A stretch of 64,000 bases of DNA from NCBI RefSeq assembly GCF_003918875.1, contig NW_025767358.1, positions 558,001 to 622,000 on the forward strand. Direction: 5' to 3'. This document shows positions 1 to 10,500 of this stretch, one piece after another. The stretch is from Haliotis rubra (taxonomy: Eukaryota). The translations under genes were made by a program, and so were the position numbers. The stretch's first letter is position 1. Each line of letters starts with the position of its first letter. The notes under the pieces were generated by a model, which saw only the letters and a list, made by a program, of their open reading frames with translations, was not told where the DNA came from and did not search any database.

Positions 1-245
1 TGAGTGAGTGAGTTTAGTTTTACGCCGCAATCAGCAATATTCCAGCTATATGACGACGTTCTGTAATTAATCGAGTCTGGACCAGACAGTCCAGTGATCA
101 ACAGCATGAGCATCGCTCTGCGCAATTGGGACGCGATGACATGTGTCAACCAAGTCAGCGAGCCTGACCACCCCGACCCCGTTACTCGCCTCTTACGACA
201 AGCATAGGTTACTGAATATCAGTCGTAACCGGGGTCTTCACGGGT
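1..245 (-). mobile_element. Non-autonomous retroposon family A (~245 bp, (ACTC)n tail)
   Basis: Near-identical dispersed copies throughout the window; minus strand starts ACCCGTGAAGA and ends in (ACTC)n. Confidence 0.85.
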
Positions 246-1488
246 ATTAAATCTATGCACAACACTTGTGTGTAAACTCTTGGGGTACAAACGAACATTT
301 AAGAAAATATTTAGTCATAAATTGTCATACATTGTACATAATCATGTTGTATATCAAATGAAAGACAATAAAAAGAAAAGGCAAAAAATATCTTTTTCTA
401 AGAACATGTTTTTTATAGTTCCGTATCGATTTATGAAGAAAATGCCATTTTAGAAAAAAATATATAACATGGTTCAAGTCATGCTCTGATGTTTTACTTA
501 AGTGCAATAAGTTGTACGATCATAATGGGAAGTAGTACATAGTCGGCCATCTTTGCCATGGAGACGGTGCAAGCAGAACTGTCAACAGTGATGGATATTT
601 TACCTTTACCAATCATTTTGAGATGAATCGGTGAGTATATTGTACTTATTTTGATAGATAAAGAGCACGTTGAACGAAAAAATACAAAATGACGAAGTAA
701 TGATAAGAAAAAAAGTTTGATAAATTATCTAAACTATGCACTCCTTTGTACTTTCCCTCCATCAAACTCAGTTACTGAGATACTATTTTCTCAAAAACAA
801 TAATGTTGGATTTCTACAAAGAGGACCTCTGTTGACTTTTTTTTGTAAATATCACTAAATATCAGGAAACACATATGATATAAATGAATAACTAAAAAAT
901 ATAGTTTAAAAACACTTTCTAAAAGGGGATATTAAAAAATAATTGCCTCTGTTGAATTAGTATTTTTTGATACATGCGAAATTGCAAAATTATGTTCTGA
1001 AATCTCATTTTGATGTGCCTTTTTCCATATAAGAAAGTACTATTTTCCAGAACACATGTTTTGTTGCTTTTTTATTGGTCAAATATCAGTAAAACATGTT
1101 TTTATTAAATGATTAATTGGGGATTTTCCTAAAACCCTCATTTGTTTCTATAAATTGAGCTACTCCTTTCTCGTATTTTGTTTCATTTTTTAATTAAAGA
1201 ATTATCTATTGAAATATTTGTTAAATCATAAAATAGGAGTAAATATATTGTCATGAATAAATGTTTAAGAGTCTTTTTAGATTAAAAACAGATATATCTA
1301 ATTTCTTCAAATAGTCAGAAATACTTCATCACGATTTTTACAGAAGAGCATAATAGATTCATTTACCGTATTTTCTGGTTAATCTTGGTTTTGGGGGGTC
1401 TTTTTTCCATTTTTCAGATGTTACTGGGCTGTGCTTATGAACATTCCTTGTCAGCGCAATGCCACTCAATGTTATTTTGGTTTGAGCC

Positions 1489-4400
1489 ATGTCTTTGACT
1501 GGAGTTATGAACTGGAAACTGTGTTGTCGGTGTCAGTTGGACAAGTCCAGTGAAGTACTGCAGATTCCTAAAGAAGAGGGACTTGAGTCTCTTGCGAGAG
1601 ATCTACAGGACTTAATATCTATAAGTGACAATGCTCTTCCTGCTGGTATCAATATCACAGTAAGTCAACTTAATGATGGCTAAGGTGTTGAAGAAACACT
1701 TAAATTACATAAGGCTTGCTATCACAAAAAAATGCAGGAGTTACTGTAGCCGATCTCGAGTCAAACGAGCGCGACACAAACTTACAAAGAAAGAAACAGG
1801 TCCAGAGAATAGTCCTAAAAAGTTGAGGTCATCCCATGAACTAAATACCTTGGATAATGTGAGGGTATGTATAATATGCGAGGGTGAGGAGGTTAACCTC
1901 CACAAGGTTGTCACTGACGTTGTGAATGCCAACCTAAAGAAGTGGGCAAAGATCAACAGATACAGTTACCAATCTGCCAAGAAGTTGAAAGTATCAGCTG
2001 ATGCACATGCCGCTGATACTTATTATCACCACCAGTGTTATGTGAGACTCAGAGACTCTGCTCATGCTGCTGAATGAAGAGATATTATGGGTCAAAACGT
2101 GAACCTTTTGATGCAATGATCTGTGCTCAAATTGTTGCTCTGATGGAAAATGTAAACTCAACATCATTTAAGCTCTCATAGTTACGAGAAATGTATCGGC
2201 AACTAATGACTGACAAAGATTACCCTTGCTTAGATACAAAAGAGCCACACTCAACAAGGTTTAAGGAGCATCTGCTTGACCTCTTACCTGAATGGGATGA
2301 ATATTCTAAAGGGAATGAAGGCAGAAAGGATCTTTATATATCTCAAAAGGTCAAGGTTGCTGATGAACTTGCAAAAACATATAGCTGTGAAGCTGAGTAA
2401 AAGGATGCACTTACGTTTGCGAGCTGCTATGATGATGCAAAATTTATGTTTAAGGAGCCAAGAATCTTTTGGTAGATCCTTCCCTGAAAATTGCCTTTCG
2501 ACACCAGTCAGCGAGGAAATGAGAACTTTCTTTAATGTCGTACTCAAAGGTCCAGTAGTCTTTCATGGGTATAAGAAAATCTGTAGTGATTCAGAATTGG
2601 ATGTTCGGGAGAAAATTGCCAGCAACATTTCCCAATTACTTATCTACAACACCTTTAAAGGTACACATCATACTGTACGATCATCAGTAGTTCGTCACAG
2701 TAATGGGGAGGGAAACCCCATTCCCTCTTTATTATGGACTCAAACTTCATGGATTTGGGCGGAATAAAACACAAATTGAGATCGCAAAGGAACAGGGTTT
2801 GTCAGTTTCCTACACCCGTGTCATGGAAGTTAAGAGAGATGTTGCAAGAGCAATGTGTGCTTGTCACGCAGAAGATGGAGTTTTGGTACCAACAAACAGT
2901 CGTTTCAAAGTCTTCACTACAGGTGATGTGGATAATCTTGACAGCAAAGCACAAGGAAATTTCTCACAAGATGAATTTCCTGGCTATGCACTCAGTGTGA
3001 CCAATCATCTATCAAAGGAGAATATGGCAGTAAAGCGTGCTCCGATAAAACTGGATCCAATGGACACAACCCCTCCAAAGTTGCCAGACTCTTATACGAT
3101 TCAACAGCCTGTGGAATTCTCTGAGAAAGATGTCTATGCTCCGAAATCTACTACAAACCAAGTCCGACCAAGTCTCGTTGTAGAAGATTCAATGGAGAAG
3201 GATCAGGCATGGATTACACACGTCTCATATGTATTGAACAAGGGTCCAGTAGAAAAGGGTGATATCATCACCTGGGCAGGGTACAACTCGTCTCTTTCAA
3301 GTGACAGATCTGTGAAACCTCCAGCAGAGATTGGTATATACTCTCTCTTCCCGGATAAAGCAGCATCTGCATCTTATATGAAACATGCTATGGATTTGTC
3401 TATGCGGGGTACCCAGTTCTTAAACCCAGGCCAGACCACAGTACTTGGAGCAGATCAGCCACTATATGCCATTATAAAACTCCTCCTGTGGCAGTTCCCA
3501 GATGCTTACGGAGAAGACAAGCTTGTTGCTATGATGGGTGCATTGCACATCGAAGACAAGATGCATCTAATGCTAAGGAAGCTGCTACGTCACTCAGGGT
3601 GGGCAACGGTACTAACTCAAGCTGAGATCCTCACATCTGGTCGAGCTAAGTCAACCCTCAATGAGCATCACAGCAAGCGCACAAGATATGCCCACCAGGT
3701 TTCCCTCATATCGCTGAACATCCTCAAGCAAAATGCATATTTTGAATATTGCAAGGGTGTTATGGGTCCACCCGAATCCTTCAACATGTGGGATCAACGT
3801 TCTCAAAGTTTTCCACAGTTCAAATACTGGTCTACTATCATTGAACTAGAACTGCTCATGGCTCGTTTTGTGAGGTCTTGAGGTAAGGAGACTTCCAACT
3901 TTATGTACAATCATGTGACGAACTTTGTGATTGGTTTCACGCATTAGACCACACAAACTATGCACGCTTGCTTCCAGTACATGTACGTGACATGGTTGAA
4001 CTTAGCAAGAATCACCCTGAGATACATGATGAATCTATGTAGGGCAATTTCGTCGTTCAGAAATCATCCAAGAAGTTCAGTCGTATGGCCAGGACCAAGC
4101 CCATGAACAGTCCAACAAATCCCTCCAGGAACACGGTGGAGCAACTGGTCTTTATGGGAATCCTGAAGCACTTACCCTTTATATGCTTGTAGGACCAGAC
4201 TGTGTGCAGATGGTAAAGGAGTTTGAATCAACACATGCCCTTTCACCTCAGGCAACAGCTCATCATGAGGAAAGACACCATTTACAAGTCAAATTTCAAA
4301 AAGACATTTTATCTTTTGTTCATGCAGTTGAACAACCTGGAAACCAAATCCTAGCAACCGGTCAGGAGCTTGTTCCTCTGGATACCCAAACTGTCAGAAA

Positions 4401-5801
4401 CAAAACATGATATTGGTGACACAGCTCTTCCTTTCTTTGAAGTCCCGCCCGGATGCAGACTTGGCCGACTTTTTCAAGTATGAAAATCAAAAGGAACCAC
4501 CAAGCCTAGCTGACTGAGGGTCATTGAGATTTGGAACGAAGTCAGACATACTGGACTGTATTAAGGCACCAACTGGCCGTACAACTGCTCCAAAACTAAC
4601 AACAGTCATGGTTTTAGATATGGCAGCCACATGCTGCGCCCAACAGTAGCAAAAAACATTCTCTGACTATGTGTCCCTTCAAGTCATTCCATATCTTGAG
4701 GTCCAGATGAAGAAAGGAGCCCAACAGGTTGATGCGGTATGGGATAACTACCCAGAGAGTAATAATCTTAAAGTCCTCACTTATCACCGCCGTGTGATTG
4801 GTTCAAGAACAAGAGTTGGTGATGGCAGCACCCTGATACCGAAACATCAATGGAACAGTGGTTTTCTCAAGAATGAGGAGAACAAAAGGGAATTCTTATC
4901 ATTCATCAGCTGTCAGATCTTCAAAACGGACATGGATTGAAAGTTCCTTCTGAGTACCCACTGTGAAAATGTGCTTTCAAACCAACAGTGTGACCTGGGT
5001 ACACTACAGCCATGCAACCATACCGAGGCTGACACAAGAATCCTCCTACATCTCCGACAAGCTGCAGAACACGGCCACACATCAGCCTATGTTCACACTG
5101 TTGACAGCGATGTTGTGATTTTGGCAATAACTTTCTTTGAGACCTTAGATCTAACAGAGCTCTGGATCGGATTTGGAACTGGTAAAAATTACAGAGACAT
5201 CCAAATCCATGATATGTACTCTCATCTTGGTCCATCAAAGTCCTTGGCATTACCCCTCTTCCACAGTCTTACTGGTTGTGACACAACTTCACATATTCTT
5301 GGATGTGGAAAGAAGACTGCATGGACAACCTGGACAAGTCTACCTGACCTGACAGACACACTAGTGGCTCTCACACAGGATCCTGAACACTTCGTGATTG
5401 AGTCGAGACACATGCAACAGATTGAAAGATTTGTTGTACTGATGTGCAGCAGAAGTTGTGGAGTAGGGCGCGTGAATGAAGCAAGGCATCGCCTTTTCAC
5501 TACTGGAAGCAGGTCATTGGAAACACTCCCGCCTACGCAAGCTGCGTAGATTCTGCAGACGAGTTTCTTTTGGGAGCAGGCAACCATTGCTTACTAGGAA
5601 ATCACTGACTTCAGTGATTGGGGTTGGCAGAAAGACGACCGCAATAACTGGCAACCTCTATGGACCACCCTCAGTGATGTTTCATCTTCGCGCCCGTCTG
5701 GAATCGAATTAGTATGCCTTAAGCTACCTCTGTGCCAAATTTGGTGCTTTTGGTAGAATCTGAACCAAATGCCCTGAAAATAGCCCTTAGCTCCCTGACT
5801 A
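1489..5801 (+). mobile_element. Decayed Academ-superfamily (AcademX-type) DNA transposon: transposase fused to XPG/FEN-like nuclease
   Basis: Broken ORFs across 1489-5690 carry GDVDNLD, GADQPLY, GALHIE, DHTNYAR, DQAHEQSNK (transposase) and HTEADTRILLH, DSDVV, HSLTGCDTTS..GKKTAW (XPG-like acidic residues and H3TH). Right terminus 5710-5801 ends in CTA and contains TGTGCCAAATTTGGTGCTTT. The left terminus is not visible. Confidence 0.72.
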
Positions 5802-5995
5802 ATATGGGATAATGGAAAGTTTCTTTTATGATGTATACGTACTTTGCTGTTGCGAAATGTAAACTCCACGAAAAAAAAAATAATGACTAATACAGCTTAT
5901 TACTTTTAAAAGCCTTAGAAAAATATGTCAGATAATTTTATTAGGAGAAGGTATCCATCGTGTTTACTTTTCATTTCACTGGTTTAACCTTATAG

Positions 5996-6155
5996 TGAGT
6001 GAGTATGGTTTTACGTTTTTAGCAATATTCCAGCAATATCACCGTGGGGGACACCAGAAGTGGGCTTCACATATTGTGCCCATGTGGGAAATCGAACCCG
6101 GGTCTTTGTGCGTGACGAGCGAACGCTTTAACCACTAGGCTACCCAACCTCCCCG
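5996..6155 (-). mobile_element. tRNA-derived SINE family C
   Basis: Reverse complement of 40981-41146 with A/B boxes and (ACTC)n tail. Confidence 0.8.
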
Positions 6156-6996
6156 TTTAACCTCATAGGATGCTCGTGCAGAATGTAACAGGGTAAGTGC
6201 AGTGTAAAAAACATGTTGTACAGCTCATGGACAGACACGTTCAATTCTTCCTGTGGTTCTAAAACACACTCGTCACGATATGGCTGCAATATTGCCGATG
6301 TGACGTTAAATAATAACTCACTCACTCTAAAACACACACTCTCATCTTCATTCATAAAGGGGTAAAATATATGTTAGGCGGCATACCCTAATTGAAGAAG
6401 CGGGTAGGAGCATGTATAAGGTATGTCCCGGTCGGTGAAAACTTGAAGTCAGGCTTCAATTTAACGTCAGCAATAGCACAATTGTCAGATTGTGGGGAAA
6501 GTGACGAAAATCCTAAAACAGGAGAACCAAGGAAAATTTCATCCCAGGAGGATTGCCAAATGACTCAACTTCAAATCGCCATTTTTCTTCTAACAAAATT
6601 TCTGAATATTCTGACCAGTGACACGCTAGTCTTGTTAGCCCACAAGTGTTTGTTTTTATGAAAATTATATATAATGAACTATACTTTTCCTTTTAAAATG
6701 CTGATAAATATATCTTCATGTATGCCTACCTCTGCGACTGAATTGTGGTAAAACATTATTTCACTGGCACATCTATCTGTGATTCCTGAAAACAAAGTTT
6801 TAAGATGGATTGAATCATGCTCTGATTTCTAATTTTCAGTGACGTATACCCCGATCCCTAGTTTGCCCTTTATGCAGGTGAACAATGGCACTTAGGAAAT
6901 GAACCCGATCACAAGTCATTTGCGTCACCTTGAAGAGCGAAGAAAACCATGCCAGAGAGCCTCCAAAGGCGGCTTGAGCGATCCTAAATATGTACG

Positions 6997-7260
6997 AGTG
7001 AGTGAGTTAATATTTAGCGTCATATCGGCAATATTTCAACTATATCGTGACGAGAACAATTTTAATTTATATCAAAACTAAAAAACAATAAATTTAGAAC
7101 GGAAAAAAAACCTGTCATCGAAGGACTATAAAAAAATAGAGCGTCACAGATATAAATTTATAACTGGTACGCTATCATAAAATTAAATCACTAAAGGCAG
7201 TACAAAATATAATCGGGCTATAGATTGCCAACAACAGAAAGTAAATCACCATACTATAAC
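6997..7260 (-). mobile_element. Nimb-LINE 3' UTR fragment
   Basis: Aligns with 25618-25875. Confidence 0.7.
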
Positions 7261-7464
7261 CTTCATGGCATAACATGTTTGTCAAATTTCTTTTAAATCC
7301 TTGGGAATAATGCTTTAATCATTTCTTCTAACAGCTGGAAACCCAGTAATTTGAAACTTTCAACATGCCCATTGGTTGACGTCAAACATGGCGGAGTGAC
7401 ACTGAGTCACCTTTACTCTCTCTAATAGATAATACGTTGCATAGATAACATCTCAACCGTCACA

Positions 7465-7549
7465 TGCTGCTTTCACATACATGCGTCGGCCTTGGAAAAC
7501 ATTTAAAAGCCCGTGTAGCTCACTTGAAGTGCCATTGTCTCATTGCAGA
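7465..7549 (+). promoter_or_regulatory. Putative core promoter, copy 1 (TTAAAA TATA-like box 47 nt before ATG)
   Basis: TTAAAA at 7503-7508, positionally conserved in all five copies; CTTTCACAT motif just upstream. Confidence 0.45.
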
Positions 7550-10500
7550 ATGTGGCTACGGGTTCTGTGTTCCTTGTTTCTCTGCGGAGCGGCGTTCTCC
7601 GACACAACCGTCACCATCTACAACGAGTGGCTCTCCCAGGGTGGACGTATGCATTTTGAAGTTGGAAGATGGAACAAAATTAATGGTCTCACCCAACAGA
7701 GCCTCATTCCAAAGATGAAAGCCGTCGGAGCGGCTGCCGGGCGTTGGGTGAATAGAGATCTGAGGGCCGATCTCTTTCCAAAGGTAAGTATAAAGAAACA
7801 TTCAGCTCCTATGTAGTCATATGATATTGTATTGTATGACTACTGAATCGGTCTATTGTAAAGAGAAGTATATTTGAAAGGGGCAGTGGCGTCGACTAAT
7901 GGTTACGGCGTTTGCTCGTCACGCTGAAGACCCGGGTTCGATTCCTTACAGGCAGCTTGGGTTATCCGGGGTAATAATGGCCTTGATTGTTAGCGCTATG
8001 AGCATACCTAGTTTGGCGCTATATAAATGGACACATTATTATTATTATTATTATTATGGGTACAATGTGCGAAGTCCATTTCAGTCCCGTCGTGTTATTG
8101 CTGGAATATTGCTAAATCACTCACTCACTCATATTTTAAAATGGGAATGAGTGACAGGGTGAGTGGGGCAGCTACAATTTCTTTGTATTGCTAGGGTGCA
8201 GATCGTTGATTATAGTTCAACTACTCAGGGACAGCATAATACTATTCACCGTATCCCTCTGCTACAAAGGTTTATTGGTTCTGGTCTGGTTAAGGTTAAG
8301 ACTTAGCAGCACCGTGGTATGAGAGTCAGAATCGACCTGAGTGGGGCCATAGCCACATCAGCTGGGATCTTTGACAGGCGGTACATTGTATAGAGGACCC
8401 GTAGGCCACGGCACTTCGCGAGACCTTACGTTGTTTAGTACTTCCGATGACAAACACCGTTTCAAACCTTTTCGAATGGGCTCATGGTTGTCAATGACAG
8501 TAAGGAACCGATAATCCTTTTATCCTAATATCTAATTTATGTCTAACAAACTATCATTAAAATATCGACACAGTTCACTATTTGAGGGAGGACTGCAGAG
8601 AAAGGGACAGCTTGGTGTGCGAGAAAGGATGGAGACGGCACAGCACAGGTTAATGAATCGGCACTTTGTCGGCACTTGTGCACGTGCTTCTCTAACACCT
8701 GGCTGTCCCTTTCTCTGCACTCCTCTCTCGTAACAAATAGTGAACTGTGTCAATATTTTAATGATAGTTTGTTAAACAACTTTTTTTAATTTTACGACAT
8801 AAATTCTGCAAACAAATCACAGAGTTGATCTGATATTTTGATTACGATCAGCGTTTCATTGAATATTATATGTTTATTAGTTTTTGAGTTAGATTGCAAT
8901 TCATCGGTCCACTTTTGAGCCAAACGCACTATTTTTATAAGCATGGTTGGACACTTGGGTCTGGTCTGGTAAAGCCATATTTGGCGGTCGCGCAATTTGG
9001 AGTCAGAGTTGGTTCTTGAATGTACGCTTGTCACCTGAAATTTCGTACCGGAAGTAAGCTCGGCCCCGTCTCGCATATCGCAAGTGAGCGGCGAGCCGGG
9101 AACCGGCTAAGTACCGGAAGTAGCGCCTCGCGAGACTTACAGGCCCTATTCGGGCAAACAATAACAGATCAGATTACCATATACAGTCGACCAACGTTGT
9201 GTCGAACTCTGATTACTCGGTTGTCTCGATATAACATCTCGGTCCCGATAAAATCCTTCATAATTTATCATTATTCAAGCTCTTTAACTCGATACGGATG
9301 TCTCCATATTTCGTATATCTCAGTATAATTTCATGGTTCCAACAAGCAAAATTACCCTTTTAACTCGATATTTGCAAAGAAACTCGATATTCACCTTCCT
9401 TTTATGGGCAAATATCCCTCTGAACTGAAGTTGTTTCCGCACGTTTACACACGATGCAGCGCGAATCAAAGAGATGCAGTAGTGTAAACTAATTAGGGCT
9501 CTAATGAAGGTGTCCCTTGTTTGTTATCTAATTAGGATTAATTAAGAAGGAATTAATTAGGGTGAGTGAATGAGTTATCCATACAAATTGTCATCATTCT
9601 TAATTGGTTGGTTTGTTCTTTTACGCCACACTCAGCAATATTCCAGCTACATAGCGGCGGTCTGTAAATAATCTAGTCTGGACCAGACCATCCAGTGATC
9701 AACAGCATGAGCATCGATCTACTCAACTGGAAACCGAGCCTGACCACCCAATCCCGTTAGTGTCCTCTTACGACAAGCATTGGTTACTGAATATCAATAT
9801 TCTAACCCCGACTTTCACGGGTAACAGCCACTGTAAACAGTTCTGATTTGAAGAGGCCATTCAACCATGACTTGAGTAAATACTGGATTGTGTTTGGTTA
9901 ATTAAATTATGCGATCATTCATTGGTCATTGAGGATCCTCAATTCTGTATCTCCCGTGGTGAAAGAATCACTCTAAAAAATGTCCTGCTTGAATGTGTTG
10001 ATTTTTCAATGACAAGGGATAACTATTTCAAAGCGCCGTCTACGAAGGATCTCTTTTAAAAATATTCATTTAATTCTTGATTTTTTAAAAGAATTTCAAT
10101 TGGTTAATAATGTGGTAGTATATTGTTAGATGTATGTATGTTAATGTATAACTGGTATTGTATAACTGAAGTTGTTAGTGAGTGAATCCTGACACAGGGT
10201 CAAAGTATTTGTGAAATCATTGTCTTCCTGAGAGAGGCGTAAGTCCTAAAACATAAGAAATTCTATCATATTAAGTCTACCAGCTATTTAATCGTGCGAT
10301 TTTGGGGGTTTTAAGCGATGGCTAAATTTGAGCACAGGGATGGTGTGAATCCACCTAGGGTGTAAGTTACAGACCAGCTAGTTTCACTTCCATCTGTAAT
10401 AATGGGTTCTTTTCCTGTCCTTCACTGACATTTTTTTTTATAATGCAACTTTATAAATCACGAATGTATAAATTCTTGCTAATCACGATATGGCTGGAAT

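Noticed and set aside
6353-6874. Possible MITE bounded by CATAAAGGG inverted ends
   Set aside because: The inverted match is short, with no TSD and no second copy in the window.
7540-7549. CAG immediately before the ATG as a splice acceptor for an untranslated exon
   Set aside because: Copy 4 has GCGGAATG at this position, and a TATA-like box sits at a fixed distance in all copies. Not fully excluded.
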